A stretch of 56,009 bases of DNA, taken from a virus. Lineage: Duplodnaviria; Heunggongvirae; Uroviricota; Caudoviricetes. The stretch lies in the IMG/VR virus record IMGVR_UViG_2512047041_000008; one strand, 5' to 3'. How positions within the stretch are numbered: position 1 is the first letter of the stretch; each line of letters begins with the position of its first letter. A program made the position numbers and the translations under genes. Under the pieces are notes generated by a model, which was not told the DNA's origin, made no database searches, and worked only from the letters and a program-made list of their open reading frames with translations. This document shows, piece by piece, positions 9,178 through 22,262 of this stretch.

Positions 9178-12100
9178 TCAGCTGATACTGATGCCTGCGG
9201 TGGCTTTCTTCATCACCACAACCAGCAAATCGCTGATACTTGCTGTGGGATACCAGTCATTTACCAGCCATGCTGACACCGAAAACTCCAGCGTCATGTG
9301 ACCGTGACCGGCAGGCATATCAATAACGCCACTGTAAATCAGCGTATTATCCAGCGCGGTACGGTTATAAATTTCAGCACCGTTTTTCCGCACTATCAGA
9401 CGGCATGAGGAGTAAATATCAGTATGCTCTCTCTCATGTTTAGCGCCGCTGAATGCCACCGCCGGAATAACAATCTGCCGGTCAAACGGCTGATCGTCAT
9501 AAATCCTGACGGTAATGGTCCCTGATGGCCACCGTTCCGGTGCACGGGAGTCCCGGGGGAAAGCTTTACCCACTGTTTTAACGAGATCGCCTTCAATCTG
9601 GTTCGCGGACAGTTTTCCCAGAACCCGGCAGTTCTCGTTAATCGTGACGTTGTTGAGCGTCCCGGAGTTCGCATTCACGTTACCGCTGATATCGGCATTT
9701 TTCGCCGTCAGCCGCCCGTCCGGTGTCAGGGAAAATGCCGGAGGATTACCGCCGCTGGTAATGGTGGGAGCCGTCAGATATTTCAGGAACACTTCGTTCA
9801 TGAATATCTGATCGCCCTGACCAACAAACATCGGCTTTGTGTTGCCATTCGCAGGATTAACCATCGCAATCCTGTCCGCCGCCAGCAGCACCTGACTCTG
9901 CATGCCGTCAGGGGTGTTCTCAATACCGGCACCAATACCCGCGATATAAAGGCGTCCGTCCTGCATCTGCTGCAGCTTCACAGCCCACATGCTGTTCAGG
10001 TTATTATTTGTATCAACCTGAACCTTCTGTATCTGCTGAATTGCCGCACTCTGGTCTTCCAGTTTCTTATTGACGGTCTGCGTGATTTCATTGCTGACAT
10101 CCGTAATGGACGTCCTGATTTCAGCCAGGTCAGGCGCAAGCTGACCGTTATCAATCTGCGTCCACAGCTCCTGAGCCAGATGGCTTTTCCCTATCTCGCC
10201 TTTGAAAAAATCCAGATAGCCGGATGCATCATCACTCGGCTGGCCAACAGCCTCCACAAATGCCGATTTGCCAACGGTGTTCACACTGCGGATGTAAAAA
10301 TAATAATCATGGCCCGGTTTGATATTGATACTGGCAGCTATCCAGTACAGCGCCGTGCCAAGATAGCGGGCTGTGGTTTCAACCTGCCTGATATCCGCAA
10401 TCCGCTTTTCCGAGAACCAGAACTCAAACTGTACCGTCGGATCATAAACGGCAAGATGGGGCGTGGCGGTTATCTGAAAATAGCCCGGCGTCAGCTCAAT
10501 CCGCGACGGCGCTGCCGGTGCGGCAATACGGAACGATACCGATGCCGGATCGCCCTGCTGCCCCCAGGCATTTGCCGCCCGGACTGTCAGCCTGTAGTTT
10601 CCCAGCGCCAGTTGCGTGAAGCGGTATGTGGTTTCCGTCGTCCGGGCCGTGCTGACCAGCCGCTCACTGCCGTCATCCGCTGCCACGGTCAGGCGAAGCA
10701 GGAAGCTCACGCCCTTCACCACCTTCGGTGTGTCCCATCGCGCCAGCACCTGATATTCCCCGCTGTCTGCAGTGACTTCTGCGGTCAGGTGCTGCACCGC
10801 TGGCGGCGTGACACCATTCACCGTGCCACTCTGTTCGCCGTCAAAGTGCGCCCCGTTATCCACGATGGCCTCTTTTTCCGGCACATGCTGCACGGCGGTG
10901 ATGGCATACGTGCCGTCGTCGTTCTCACGGATACTCACGCAGCGGAACAGTCGCTGGCGCAGCGTCGGCAGCTTCAGCCCCCATACGCTGTATTCAGCAA
11001 CACCGTCAGGAACACGGCTCACTTTTACCTTCACGCCGTCGGTGACGGACTGAACCTCCACGCTGACCGGATTGCCACTTCCGTCAACCAGGCTTATCAG
11101 CGTGGTACCGGAGGATGGCAGCGTGATTTCACGGTCGAGCGTCAGCGTCCGGGTCTGGCTGTTCACCGCCAGCACGCGACCACCGGTGCTGATACCGGCA
11201 TAGTCATCATCGCAGATTTCAATGACATCGCCCGGCACATGGCGAAGCCCTTCTGCGCCCACGCTGAAATCCACGGTCTGCGTTTCCAGCAGTTCCGTTT
11301 TAATCAGCCACAGCCCGGCGCGGTGTGCCTGCCCCCGGCTGGTACAGCCAAAGGCATCCATCTTCGTGACATTACGACCGTAACGGGCAATGGCCTGCGT
11401 ATCTTCAACAAGCTCTGTCGCCGTCTCCCAGCCGTTGTCCGGGTCAATCCAGTTCACCTCAACGGCATTATGGCGGTCCTTCAGGGCGCTGAAGCTGTAG
11501 CGGAACGGCGCGCCATCATCCGGCATCACCACATTACTGCGGTTATAGGTCCACACCTTATCCGACTGTCGGTCCTGCACGAACGTCAGCGTCTGCCCGT
11601 TCCATACCGGCATACAGCGCATCGCCGAGCAGAAATCACTGAGCACATCCCACGCCTTGCGCTGTGTGGTCAGGTACGCATTACAGGTGATGCGCGGCTC
11701 CGTGCCGCCAAAGCCGTCCGGCACTGACTGGTCGCAGTACTGGCCGATGACATACAGCGCCCATTTGTCCACATCCGCCGCACCAAGACGTTTCCCCATG
11801 CCGTAGCGCGGGTGGGTCAGCATATCCCACAGACACCAGGCCATGTTGTTGCTGTATACTGGTTTTAACGTTCCGTCCCAGATACCGCTGTATTGTCGCG
11901 TCTGCGGGTTATAGTTCGACGGCACCTGCAGAATGCGCCCGCGAAGATGATAATTACGGCTCACCTGCTGGCTGCCGAACTGCTCCGAGTCCACCTGTAC
12001 GCCGACCAGTGCCGTGTTCGGGTAGCACTGTTTCACATCGATGATCTCGGTGTATGACGACCAGAGCGTTTTGTTCTGCAGCTGGTCTGTGGTGCTGTCC

Positions 12101-12657
12101 GGCGTCATCCTGCGCATCCGGATATTGAACGGGCGCGGCGGCAGGTTATCCACCACCACCGAGGCCAGATACTGCGAGGTGGTTTTGCCCTTAATGGTGA
12201 TGTCTTTTTCCGTCACCCAGCCACCGTTACGCTGTATCTGAACCAGCAGGCGGACTTCCGACGGATTCCTGTCTCCCTTTGAGGTGGTTTCCACCAGTGC
12301 CTGTACACCGAAGGTAAAGCGCAGACGGTCGATGTTTGCCGACGTGATGGTCCGGGTGATCGGCGTTTCATATTTCACTTCCGTACCGAGCACCGTCTCG
12401 GAACCGGAGGATTCAAATCCCTCCGGCGGTGACTGCTCCTGCTCACCTGCCCGGAACACCACCGTGACGCCGGAGATATTGGTATTCCCCTCACTGTCCA
12501 GCACCGGCGTACTGTTCAGCAGCACGCTTTTTAATCCATCCACCGGACCTTCAATCGGCCCTTCGCTGATGGCATCAATCGCACTCAACAGCTGCGTGGA
12601 TTTCAGGTTATCTTTCGCTTCGCGCGGGGTATGCCCCTTACTGCTGCCTGTACCCAT
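9178..12657 (-). CDS. J: Tail tip / host specificity protein J
   Basis: 1159 aa; position and size as lambda J (1132 aa). Confidence 0.9.
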   Translation of the reverse strand: MGTGSSKGHTPREAKDNLKSTQLLSAIDAISEGPIEGPVDGLKSVLLNSTPVLDSEGNTNISGVTVVFRAGEQEQSPPEGFESSGSETVLGTEVKYETPITRTITSANIDRLRFTFGVQALVETTSKGDRNPSEVRLLVQIQRNGGWVTEKDITIKGKTTSQYLASVVVDNLPPRPFNIRMRRMTPDSTTDQLQNKTLWSSYTEIIDVKQCYPNTALVGVQVDSEQFGSQQVSRNYHLRGRILQVPSNYNPQTRQYSGIWDGTLKPVYSNNMAWCLWDMLTHPRYGMGKRLGAADVDKWALYVIGQYCDQSVPDGFGGTEPRITCNAYLTTQRKAWDVLSDFCSAMRCMPVWNGQTLTFVQDRQSDKVWTYNRSNVVMPDDGAPFRYSFSALKDRHNAVEVNWIDPDNGWETATELVEDTQAIARYGRNVTKMDAFGCTSRGQAHRAGLWLIKTELLETQTVDFSVGAEGLRHVPGDVIEICDDDYAGISTGGRVLAVNSQTRTLTLDREITLPSSGTTLISLVDGSGNPVSVEVQSVTDGVKVKVSRVPDGVAEYSVWGLKLPTLRQRLFRCVSIRENDDGTYAITAVQHVPEKEAIVDNGAHFDGEQSGTVNGVTPPAVQHLTAEVTADSGEYQVLARWDTPKVVKGVSFLLRLTVAADDGSERLVSTARTTETTYRFTQLALGNYRLTVRAANAWGQQGDPASVSFRIAAPAAPSRIELTPGYFQITATPHLAVYDPTVQFEFWFSEKRIADIRQVETTARYLGTALYWIAASINIKPGHDYYFYIRSVNTVGKSAFVEAVGQPSDDASGYLDFFKGEIGKSHLAQELWTQIDNGQLAPDLAEIRTSITDVSNEITQTVNKKLEDQSAAIQQIQKVQVDTNNNLNSMWAVKLQQMQDGRLYIAGIGAGIENTPDGMQSQVLLAADRIAMVNPANGNTKPMFVGQGDQIFMNEVFLKYLTAPTITSGGNPPAFSLTPDGRLTAKNADISGNVNANSGTLNNVTINENCRVLGKLSANQIEGDLVKTVGKAFPRDSRAPERWPSGTITVRIYDDQPFDRQIVIPAVAFSGAKHEREHTDIYSSCRLIVRKNGAEIYNRTALDNTLIYSGVIDMPAGHGHMTLEFSVSAWLVNDWYPTASISDLLVVVMKKATAGISIS

Positions 12658-12717
12658 TCGTCATGCTCCATAAACGACAAAACCGCCCGGAGGCGGTTTC
12701 ACATAAAACATTTTGCA

Positions 12718-13389
12718 TCAGCGACCAATCACCACAACCTGACCACCGTCCCCTTCGTCTGCCGTGCTGATCTCCTGAGAAACCACCCGCGACCCCACAC
12801 GCATTTCACCGTACAGAACAGGCAGAACATTGCCCTGAGCAACCATGTTATCCAGTGAGGAAAAATAGGTGTTCTGTTTGCCGTTATCCGTTGTCTGTGT
12901 ACGGGGAGTTCTGGCTTTCGGTGCCAGCATCTGCGCCACACCACCGAGCACCATACTGGCACCGAGAGAAAACAGGATGCCGGTCATACCACCGGCCCCA
13001 ATGGCTGCCCCCCATGCTGCAAGGGTGGCTCCGGCAGTAAAGAATGATCCGGCAATGGCGGCAGCTCCCAGGACAATCTGGAATACACCACCTGACTTGG
13101 CCCCGGCGACTCTGGGAACAATATGAATCACAGCGCCATCAGGCAGAGTCTCATGTAACTGCGCCGTTAATCCGGACGTGCTGACGTCCCGCCCGGCAAT
13201 CCGTACCTGATACCAGCCGTCGCTCAGTTTCTGACGAAACGCCGGGAGCTGTGTGGCCAGTGCGCGGATGGCTTCAGCCCCCGTTTTCACACGAAGGTCG
13301 ATGCGGCGGCCAAATCGTTGCAAATCCCCGTAAAGGCAGATGCGTGCCATTCCCGGTGACGCCAGAGGGAGTGTGTGCGTCGCTGCCAT
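12718..13389 (-). CDS. I: Tail assembly protein I
   Basis: 223 aa, same length and position as lambda I. Confidence 0.85.
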   Translation of the reverse strand: MAATHTLPLASPGMARICLYGDLQRFGRRIDLRVKTGAEAIRALATQLPAFRQKLSDGWYQVRIAGRDVSTSGLTAQLHETLPDGAVIHIVPRVAGAKSGGVFQIVLGAAAIAGSFFTAGATLAAWGAAIGAGGMTGILFSLGASMVLGGVAQMLAPKARTPRTQTTDNGKQNTYFSSLDNMVAQGNVLPVLYGEMRVGSRVVSQEISTADEGDGGQVVVIGR

Positions 13390-14030
13390 TTGTCGGTATA
13401 CCTCTCTCGTTTGCTCAGTTGTTCAGGAATATGGTGCAGCAGCTCGCCGTCGCCGCAGTAAATTGCGGCATGATTCGGCACCGATGAACCAAAGCAGCAC
13501 AGCAGCACGTCGCCAGGCTGCGCCTCTGTCAGTGCGACACGGTAAAAACCAGTCGCCTCCATATTGCCAAGATAGAGATTCTGACCGTTACGCCACCAGT
13601 CATCCCCGCGATGAAAATCCGGCATCTCAATCCCCGCCAGATGATAAGCATCCCGGAACAGCGTGTAACAGTCCGTCACCCCGTGCTCAAAGCGACGCCC
13701 GGTAAGATGTGGCACACAGCGGAACTTGTGAATCGCCCCCCGGCAGACCAGCCACCACGGCAAATCACTCTGCACCTGCAGCCGCCGGTCAGCCTCACTC
13801 AGCCAGGGCAGACCACCGGGATGACTGTGGACCAGTGCCACAATCTCACCCTGCATCTCTGCCTGCAGCCAGTCCTCCGGAGCCATCCGGAAATAATCCT
13901 CCGGCTCACCGGAAATATTCACGCAGGGAAAATATCTTTCCCCCTCCGGCGCTCTCACCACGAAGCCGCACGACTCCGCTGGCGCACATCGCAGGGCGTG
14001 CGCCAGAATCGCTGATTCTGTCTCTGTCAT
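13287..14030 (-). CDS. K: Tail tip assembly protein K (JAB/MPN plus NlpC/P60-like)
   Basis: ORF 13287..14072; start placed at the MTETES ATG (14028-14030), which overlaps the L stop; HSH motif present; a later start giving 199 aa is also possible. Confidence 0.75.
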   Translation of the reverse strand: MTETESAILAHALRCAPAESCGFVVRAPEGERYFPCVNISGEPEDYFRMAPEDWLQAEMQGEIVALVHSHPGGLPWLSEADRRLQVQSDLPWWLVCRGAIHKFRCVPHLTGRRFEHGVTDCYTLFRDAYHLAGIEMPDFHRGDDWWRNGQNLYLGNMEATGFYRVALTEAQPGDVLLCCFGSSVPNHAAIYCGDGELLHHIPEQLSKRERYTDKWQRRTHSLWRHREWHASAFTGICNDLAAASTFV

Positions 14031-14034
14031 GGGA

Positions 14035-14733
14035 TTACTGCGAAAGTTTGTTAATGGAAAGGAAGCCGCCAAAGTTGCCGACGTTATTGCGAAACTTACA
14101 GCCGCTCAGGCATTTGCTGCATTTATCCTTCGTGATATCGGACGTCGGCTGGTCATATTCATCCGCGACCGCCGGACCGCTATAACCGCACTCATCACCG
14201 CGATAGGTCCAGGTGCAGGTGTTGGCCAGCATGATGCGCCCCGGAAAAACAGCACCATCCGTTTCCGTCGGCGTGGACAACACAAAGGAGGCACTGACCG
14301 CGCTCAGTTCGCTGCACTGCTCGACGCGCCAGCGGCTGATCACCTCCTGCTCCGGATCGGCATCGCTGTTTCCGTTGACGAAATTCACCGCATCCAGAAA
14401 ACGGGCGTAAACCTTACGCCTGACCACCGTTCCGCCGACCAGACTCTGCAGATCTTCCACCATCCCGGTGACCATACCGTACAGGTTAGAAACCGTCAGC
14501 GTGGGGCGCGTACTGGTGCCTTTGCCATTCAGTTCAAAACCACTCCCCTGAATGGGATACGGCTGATACTGTCGCCCCTGCCAGGTGACCGGCTCACCTT
14601 TTTCGTTCTGCTCATTACAGAAAAAATAACGTTCTCCACCGACCTCTGTCAGGTCGATTTCCCAGAGCACCACGCTGGCCGACTGCTCCGCACGGGTGCA
14701 TTCATTCAGTGTTTCCTGCCGGATATCCTGCAT
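14035..14733 (-). CDS. L: Minor tail protein L
   Basis: 232 aa, as lambda L. Confidence 0.85.
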   Translation of the reverse strand: MQDIRQETLNECTRAEQSASVVLWEIDLTEVGGERYFFCNEQNEKGEPVTWQGRQYQPYPIQGSGFELNGKGTSTRPTLTVSNLYGMVTGMVEDLQSLVGGTVVRRKVYARFLDAVNFVNGNSDADPEQEVISRWRVEQCSELSAVSASFVLSTPTETDGAVFPGRIMLANTCTWTYRGDECGYSGPAVADEYDQPTSDITKDKCSKCLSGCKFRNNVGNFGGFLSINKLSQ

Positions 14734-15062
14734 CAGTTCACCACCTGTTCAAACTCTGCGCTGAACTCAACACGCAGCATACTGACCCGCGACGACCATT
14801 TTGCGCAGGTCACCTTTATCTGCCGCCACTCATAAGGCGGCGTCCACAGAAAGGCTTTCCAGCCCCCGTGCTCTTCCAGAAACGACTCCAGCGCCGCGGC
14901 CTCCCAACGGGGAACAGAAAGCGTCACGCTGTACGTTTTCAGGTTGGCATTCAGCCCGGCAGGCGCTCGCTGGGAATAGCCATCACCAAAGCGCACCTTT
15001 CTTACAGAAGGGGCCGAAGCCACATCCATACCGGGTTTCACTTTCCAGCGGAAGGTTTTCAT
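14733..15062 (-). CDS. M: Minor tail protein M
   Basis: 109 aa, as lambda M. Confidence 0.85.
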   Translation of the reverse strand: MKTFRWKVKPGMDVASAPSVRKVRFGDGYSQRAPAGLNANLKTYSVTLSVPRWEAAALESFLEEHGGWKAFLWTPPYEWRQIKVTCAKWSSRVSMLRVEFSAEFEQVVN

Positions 15063-17623
15063 CGTCCACCTCCGGAGAACAGACCACCATCACGCATCTG
15101 CCCGGTCACAACATCCATTGCCGCCTTACGGGCTACGTCATAAACAGCCTTCAGCGCCTGTGGCCCTATCTGACCGTTCGTGCCGTCGTTGTTAATCACC
15201 ACATGGTTATTCTGCTCAAACGTCCCGGACGCCTGCGACCGACTGTCCGCCATGCTGCCCGGTGTACCGACATAACCGCCGGTGGCATAGCCGCGCATAA
15301 GCCGGTAAAGATTCCCCACGCCAATCCGGCTGGTTGCCTCCTTCGTGAAGACAAATTCACCACGGTGAACAATCCCCGCTGGCTCATATTTGCCGCCGGT
15401 TCCCGTAAATCCTCCGGTCGCAAAATGGAATTTCGCCGCAGATGCCTGAATGGCTGTACCGCCTGACGCTGATGCACCGCCAATGACACTGCCGACACTC
15501 CCGACGATCCCCACCATTGCCTGCTTAAGCAGAATTTCTGTCATCATGGACAGCACGGAACGGGTGAAGCTGCGCCAGTTCTGTTCACTGCCGGTCAGCA
15601 TCGCCGCCATATTCTGTGCAATACCATCAAAGGTCTGCGTGGCTGCACTTTTAACCTGCGACATACTGTCCGTGGCGCTCTCTTCCCACTCACTCCAGCC
15701 TGACCTGAGGCCTGCCATCCAGCTCCCGCGAAGCTGGTCTTCAGCCGCCCAGGTCTTTTTCTGCTCTGACATGACGCTATTCAGCGCCAGCGGATTATCG
15801 CCATACTGTTCCTTCAGGCGCTGTTCCGTGGCGTCCCGCGCTGCCTGCCGGTCAGTCAGCCCCCGGTTTTTCGCCTCAATGGCTGCCCGTTTTGCCCGTT
15901 GCTGCTGTGCGAATTTATCCGCCTGCTGCGCCAGCGCGTTCAGGTGCTCCTGATACGTGACCTTGTCGCCAAGTGCAGCCAGCTGGCGTTTGTACTCCAG
16001 CGTCTCATCTTTATGCGCCAGCAGGGATTTCTCCTGTGCGGACAGCTGGCGACGTTGCGCCGCCTCCTCCAGTACCGCGAACTGACTTTCCGCCTTCCAC
16101 AAATCCCGGCGCTGCTGGCTGATTTTCTCATTCGCTCCGGCATGCTTCTCCAGTGTCCGGAGTTCTGCCTGAAGCGTCAGCAGGGCAGCATGAGCACTGT
16201 CTTCCTGACGATCGCCCGCAGACACTTTCACGCCGGACTGCTTCGGCTTTTTCAGCGTCGCTTCATAGTCCTTTTTCGCCGCCGCCATCAGCGTGTTGTA
16301 ATCTGCCTGCAGGATTTTTCCGTCTTTCAGTGCCTTATTCAGTTCCTCCTGGCGGGCGGTATATTTCTCCAGCGGTGTCTGCAGGCGTTCGTAAGCCTTC
16401 TGCGCCTCTTCGGTATATTTCAGCCGTGATGCCTCAGACTCGGCCCGATCTTTTGCTGCCATCTCACTGGCCTTTTCAAGATCTGCCTGCAACGTGGCGG
16501 CTGAAAGCCCAAGTCGCGCATTCTCTCTCTTCTCCCATGCCCCCCGGAGATTGGCAAGAAATGCTGACGTTTTACCGCGCCGGTGGCTTCGGCTCTGATA
16601 CCACTGCCATTTTTTATCCGCTTCATCAAAAGCCTTTTCAGCTTTGGCGAGCATATCTGCAGAGGAGTCCGGGCGACCAATATCCAGCACCGCATCCCAC
16701 ATGGATTTGAATACCTGTGCAGTCTTGTCTGCCCAGGTCTCCAGCGTACCCATGTTATCTTTCAGTTTACGGGTCTGGTCATCAAACCCTTTCGTTGCGG
16801 CCTCGTTCGCCGCCTGCAATGCCCCGGCCCCATCGCCGGAACGCTGCAACTGAGCAACATACGCAATCTGTTCCGCCGTCACGTTATGGAACTGGCGCGC
16901 CATCGCCGTCAACCCAGACGTCGGGTCAGTGGTCAGCTTCCCGAAGGCTTCAGCGACCTTGTCCACCTCCACGCCGGATGCAGAGGAGAAACGCGCCACA
17001 CTCTGGCTGATTGCCTCAAACTGCTCACCACCACGCACACCGGCATTCACCAGCGCCGTCAGTGACTCGCTGGTCTGGTTAAACGTCAGCCCTGCCGCCT
17101 GCCCGGATCTGGACAGGGCCAGCATACGATCTGCCGTCAGTCCCGCCTGATTACCGGAAAGGACCAGCGTTTTATTGAAATTGGACAGGGTTGAGTCACC
17201 CTGATACCAGGCATACGCCAGCGCACCGGTCGCCACCGCCAGCGAGGTGGCCCCGACCATCGGCAGGGTGATCGCACCGGCAAGCCCCCTGAACATGGGG
17301 ATCATCCCGCCGAAGGAGTCCTTCACCTGACCACCCTGTTGCAGCAGGATCAGCCACGGACTTTGCCCGCCTGCAAGCTGCGTGGCCACGTCAGTGAACT
17401 GCGCAGGCAGCATACGCATGGCAGCTTTATACTGCCCGACGGAAATCCCCGCTTTCTGTGCAGCCAGCGCCTGCCGGTTCATTGACTGTTCAACGACTGC
17501 CGCTGTTTTTTTCGCATCACTTTCCGTACCGGAAAAATGACGCCTGACTCTGGCCATCTGCTCGTCAAATCTGGCCGCATCCAGACTTAAATCAACGACC
17601 AGATCGCCTACCGGTGCAGCCAT
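15059..17623 (-). CDS. H: Tail tape measure protein H
   Basis: 854 aa; close match to recalled lambda H along most of its length. Confidence 0.9.
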   Translation of the reverse strand: MAAPVGDLVVDLSLDAARFDEQMARVRRHFSGTESDAKKTAAVVEQSMNRQALAAQKAGISVGQYKAAMRMLPAQFTDVATQLAGGQSPWLILLQQGGQVKDSFGGMIPMFRGLAGAITLPMVGATSLAVATGALAYAWYQGDSTLSNFNKTLVLSGNQAGLTADRMLALSRSGQAAGLTFNQTSESLTALVNAGVRGGEQFEAISQSVARFSSASGVEVDKVAEAFGKLTTDPTSGLTAMARQFHNVTAEQIAYVAQLQRSGDGAGALQAANEAATKGFDDQTRKLKDNMGTLETWADKTAQVFKSMWDAVLDIGRPDSSADMLAKAEKAFDEADKKWQWYQSRSHRRGKTSAFLANLRGAWEKRENARLGLSAATLQADLEKASEMAAKDRAESEASRLKYTEEAQKAYERLQTPLEKYTARQEELNKALKDGKILQADYNTLMAAAKKDYEATLKKPKQSGVKVSAGDRQEDSAHAALLTLQAELRTLEKHAGANEKISQQRRDLWKAESQFAVLEEAAQRRQLSAQEKSLLAHKDETLEYKRQLAALGDKVTYQEHLNALAQQADKFAQQQRAKRAAIEAKNRGLTDRQAARDATEQRLKEQYGDNPLALNSVMSEQKKTWAAEDQLRGSWMAGLRSGWSEWEESATDSMSQVKSAATQTFDGIAQNMAAMLTGSEQNWRSFTRSVLSMMTEILLKQAMVGIVGSVGSVIGGASASGGTAIQASAAKFHFATGGFTGTGGKYEPAGIVHRGEFVFTKEATSRIGVGNLYRLMRGYATGGYVGTPGSMADSRSQASGTFEQNNHVVINNDGTNGQIGPQALKAVYDVARKAAMDVVTGQMRDGGLFSGGGR

Positions 17624-18050
17624 ACCGGACTCCTCCTGCGATCCCTTCTGATACTGTCATCAGCATTACGTCATCCTCCGTCATGTCCGCCACATACGGG
17701 GAAGCGGGGATAACTTCATTCCCGTCCGGGCCAAAACGAACGCCTCCGGCAAGCCCTGCCGCTTTCTGCATCAGCACATCATCTTCAGGCTCTTCGTCAG
17801 CCTCGCGCCGATTCAGCAGACTGAAATCCAGCGGATGCATCTCCGGATCGCTGAAAAACAGGCTGAGCACGGTGTACGTCAGCCCGGAAAAGTGCATATC
17901 CAGCAGAACATCATGAAAATAATGGGTACTGTAAAAGCGGTGCCAGTCGGCATACTCCGTGGATGACATCCCGGCAAGCATGGCACGCCAGTCGGGTCGC
18001 CCCATCTCACGCGCCAGTTTCAGGGCAAAACTCAGCTCACCGTCGAACAC
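17592..18050 (-). CDS. T: Tail assembly chaperone T region (expressed as G-T fusion by -1 frameshift)
   Basis: ORF in the -1 frame overlapping the G 3' end; slippery GGGAAAG at the overlap. Confidence 0.7.
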   Translation of the reverse strand: MFDGELSFALKLAREMGRPDWRAMLAGMSSTEYADWHRFYSTHYFHDVLLDMHFSGLTYTVLSLFFSDPEMHPLDFSLLNRREADEEPEDDVLMQKAAGLAGGVRFGPDGNEVIPASPYVADMTEDDVMLMTVSEGIAGGVRYGCTGRRSGR

Positions 18051-18454
18051 TTTCCCGCAGAAACAGGCTCTGCGGGCCCGGCGTCCTCTGTCTGTTCAGG
18101 GGCATTATTCACCACAAACTCATACATACCAGACAGCCGGTACACCACGTTTTCAGCATGAGAAATTGCCTCCGTGGGCCAGGTGGTAAGCACTTCCTGC
18201 TCAATCTGTTTAACGGCTTCATTCATGGACGGCATCTGCGTCTTCTGCGGATGGTTATGCCACAGGGACATCGCCACCAGAAACGCGCCGGTTCTGATGG
18301 CGTCTTCCACAGTAAACTTCCGGTTGCTGTCTGACTCCGCCTGTTCTGCCTGCCGTTTCATCAGGGCGAGATGCTCAATGCGCTGCAGGGCTGACAGTTC
18401 AGAAAGCGTGACGGTCACACCGTTATGTTCAAATGATTCGGTTTTCAGGAACAT
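18032..18454 (-). CDS. G: Tail assembly chaperone G
   Basis: 140 aa, as lambda G. Confidence 0.85.
   Translation of the reverse strand: MFLKTESFEHNGVTVTLSELSALQRIEHLALMKRQAEQAESDSNRKFTVEDAIRTGAFLVAMSLWHNHPQKTQMPSMNEAVKQIEQEVLTTWPTEAISHAENVVYRLSGMYEFVVNNAPEQTEDAGPAEPVSAGKCSTVS
18050..18056 (-). other. Programmed -1 ribosomal frameshift slippery heptamer G GGA AAG (G/GT)
   Basis: Plus-strand CTTTCCC at 18050-18056 is GGGAAAG on the coding strand, in the G/T overlap. Confidence 0.6.
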
Positions 18455-18469
18455 CGCTGACTCTCCGGA

Positions 18470-19210
18470 TTAACTGGCGGTGACGGTAATTTCTGCAACC
18501 GCAGCAAACTCACCATTACCGGATACAACCGGAATGTTGACCTTGCCTGCAGCAACGCCGTTCACGGTGATGGTCATACCACTGACCGACACGGTGGCTT
18601 TTGTTTTATCCGCAGACACCGCACGGAAGCTCTTGTCGGTTACGCCTTCCGGCTGGAATGCCACGGTCAGCGTGGTGCTCTGCCCTTTCACTACGGACGC
18701 ACTGGCTGGCGTTACCGTCATGCCGGTTGCCGCCGTCACCGTACTGCGATCTTCAGCCATCGACGGGCGTCCCACATTGGTGACCTTCACCGTGCGGGTG
18801 ATCACTTCCTTCGCCGTCACCGCCTTACCGATACTGCTGACCCAGCCACGGAACACATCGACCGTGCCGTTCGGAAAGCGGATTTTATAGGCACGGGTAT
18901 CACCTTCATTAAACCACGCCAGCAGCGCCTGCTGCCCCTGCTCTCCGGGCATCCACGCCAGCGTGAAGCTGGTATCTCCGGCAGATTTCTGCCCCTGCCC
19001 GGTCGCAGTCCAGTCCGCATCCTCATCATCGAGATAGCTGTCGTCATAGGACTCAGCGGTCAGTTCGCCGGGCGTCAGGTCTTTAACTTTTGCCAGACGC
19101 GACCAGTCAACGTCTGAAAGCGGGTTCGCATAAGGGTCACCGTTCCCCTTATAAACCCACAGTGTGGTCCCGGCACCTTTCACCGGCATTACTGGATTTG
19201 GTACAGGCAT
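18470..19210 (-). CDS. V: Major tail protein V
   Basis: ORF 18470..19240; start at internal MPVPNP as in lambda V (246 aa). Confidence 0.85.
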   Translation of the reverse strand: MPVPNPVMPVKGAGTTLWVYKGNGDPYANPLSDVDWSRLAKVKDLTPGELTAESYDDSYLDDEDADWTATGQGQKSAGDTSFTLAWMPGEQGQQALLAWFNEGDTRAYKIRFPNGTVDVFRGWVSSIGKAVTAKEVITRTVKVTNVGRPSMAEDRSTVTAATGMTVTPASASVVKGQSTTLTVAFQPEGVTDKSFRAVSADKTKATVSVSGMTITVNGVAAGKVNIPVVSGNGEFAAVAEITVTAS

Positions 19211-19217
19211 ATCGTCC

Positions 19218-19613
19218 TCACATTTCATAGGTAATGACATACGTCAGATCGGCTGAACTCCACAGGCCCGCATCATCGTCGCGTCGGTAGTCATAGCCAC
19301 TGGCCACCATACTGGTGATCAAATCTGACAGTGCCGGAATATCGCTCATCACCGGATAAATCCGGGACTCCATCCACGAATCCAGCTCTGAATCCGGCAC
19401 CTGAGCAGGCAGGAAAACTTCAATATGCAGCTCCGCCTGCCAGGTATCGCTGTCCAGCTCTTCGCCCGTGTATTCAGCGCCGGTGAGATAAACGGCAATT
19501 GCCGGAAAATCCGCCTCATCAAAAACAGCGGGGCGACCATCAAAAAGCGTCGCCCCGGTGTCATGCTTCTCCAGTGCATCCAGTACGGCTGCACGGAGTT
19601 CAGTATGTTTCAT
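19218..19613 (-). CDS. U: Tail terminator protein U
   Basis: 131 aa, as lambda U. Confidence 0.85.
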   Translation of the reverse strand: MKHTELRAAVLDALEKHDTGATLFDGRPAVFDEADFPAIAVYLTGAEYTGEELDSDTWQAELHIEVFLPAQVPDSELDSWMESRIYPVMSDIPALSDLITSMVASGYDYRRDDDAGLWSSADLTYVITYEM

Positions 19614-20188
19614 CGCTTTATTACCATTCTCAGTTGATGCTGCAGCGCATAGCCCAGCTCTTTCGGAAGACGCTCACGCCGTATCCGTTCAATATTCTGT
19701 TTAAACGCCGTGGTCAGTGGCACCGCCATCGGGATTTTCACCACATCAATGGGGTAACGGTTTTTCCCGGCCACACGCTGCATAACATGCCAGCGGCCAT
19801 TTTTCAGTTGCTGAATAAACGCGCCGGGAATACGACGGTTTCCCACCACAAGCACGCTGCCGCCACCTTTCAGGGCTGAACGCTGCCCCTTTTTACGACG
19901 CCTGCGTCGGGACAGGACAATCCGCGCGTTACCCAGCTTTATTACGGGCAAATCCCCCCGGTTAACCTTGATTCTGGCCTGCGGATTTTTAACCGTGGCC
20001 CTTTTCAGCCTGGCCCTTTCCTTTACCAGTTTCCGGCGTACCTTTGTCTCACGGGCAACCTGTGACGCCGACTGCGATATCGCGGATGAAGCAACGCGGT
20101 TAATGGCCATTGCGGCGGCACCAGGCACCGCCGTTTTGCTGATACGGCTGAGGTTTTCAACGGCCTGCTCAAGACCTTTTATGGCCAT
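19610..20188 (-). CDS. Z: Tail completion protein Z
   Basis: 192 aa, as lambda Z. Confidence 0.85.
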   Translation of the reverse strand: MAIKGLEQAVENLSRISKTAVPGAAAMAINRVASSAISQSASQVARETKVRRKLVKERARLKRATVKNPQARIKVNRGDLPVIKLGNARIVLSRRRRRKKGQRSALKGGGSVLVVGNRRIPGAFIQQLKNGRWHVMQRVAGKNRYPIDVVKIPMAVPLTTAFKQNIERIRRERLPKELGYALQHQLRMVIKR

Positions 20189-20199
20189 ACATCCCCCTT

Positions 20200-20553
20200 T
20201 CAGCGGCGACGGTTAACGGCAGGCGGTACGCCCCGCCCAAGCCAGAGATGACAGCTTCCGCCATCATCCGGCGAAATCCGGTCTATCCAGAAGTTTTCCT
20301 CACCGATGGTCAGCGTGTCGCCGCGCCGCAGCTGCCGCACCTCATCAGTCCGGACAAACAGGGACGGGCTGGAGCCTTCAACGCGCACGCCCTGTCCGGC
20401 ATAGCTGATATTTTCAGGGTCATCAAAAACACCACGTATCACAGCACCGGACTGCTCACCGGATGTCATGGTGGCTGACGTTCCCATGTACCCGCGTATC
20501 GTTTCATCGGCGCAGGCAATGGCAGCATCGAACAGGTTATCGAAATCAGCCAC
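20200..20553 (-). CDS. FII: Head-tail joining protein FII (GTG start)
   Basis: 117 aa, MADFDNLFDAAI..., as lambda FII. Confidence 0.85.
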   Translation of the reverse strand: MADFDNLFDAAIACADETIRGYMGTSATMTSGEQSGAVIRGVFDDPENISYAGQGVRVEGSSPSLFVRTDEVRQLRRGDTLTIGEENFWIDRISPDDGGSCHLWLGRGVPPAVNRRR

Positions 20554-20564
20554 AGCGCCTCCCG

Positions 20565-21905
<1,341 letters not shown>

Positions 21906-21913
21906 CCACTACA

Positions 21914-22260
21914 ACAGCCTCATCCCGCGTGGCGTGAAGTGCATCAGTATGCAGCGTCACCAGTGCCACAACCGTGACCAGATCAGCCGTATCAGTCACG
22001 GTATCCGGCTGCGCTGATACAACCTCATTTTCATGTCCGGTCAGCACATTTTCCGGGCTGAGAGGGGTCTCCTGACCGGCAGTGTCGCCCGTGTCATCAA
22101 GCTCTTCTTCCAGCTCTGCCACACGGAGCGCCAGTTCTTCTTTCGTCCCCGTCAGGCTGATATCACGGTTCAGTTGTTCACCCAGCGAGCGGAGACGGGC
22201 AATCAGTTCATCTTTCGTCATGGACTCCTCCACAGAGAAACAATGGCCCCGAAGGGCCAT
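21914..22260 (-). pseudogene. FI: FI N-terminal portion (DNA-packaging accessory protein), truncated by IS insertion
   Basis: MTKDELIARLRSLGEQLNR... matches recalled lambda FI; frame runs into the IS end after ...HATRDEA. Confidence 0.8.
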
Positions 22261-22262
22261 GA

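Noticed and set aside
10180-11727. 515-aa plus-strand ORF antisense to J
   Set aside because: Lies entirely within the well-supported J gene on the opposite strand; typical antisense ORF in GC-rich coding DNA.
14029-16710. Several plus-strand ORFs of 150-270 aa antisense to L, M and H
   Set aside because: Overlap conserved lambda tail genes on the other strand; no independent support.
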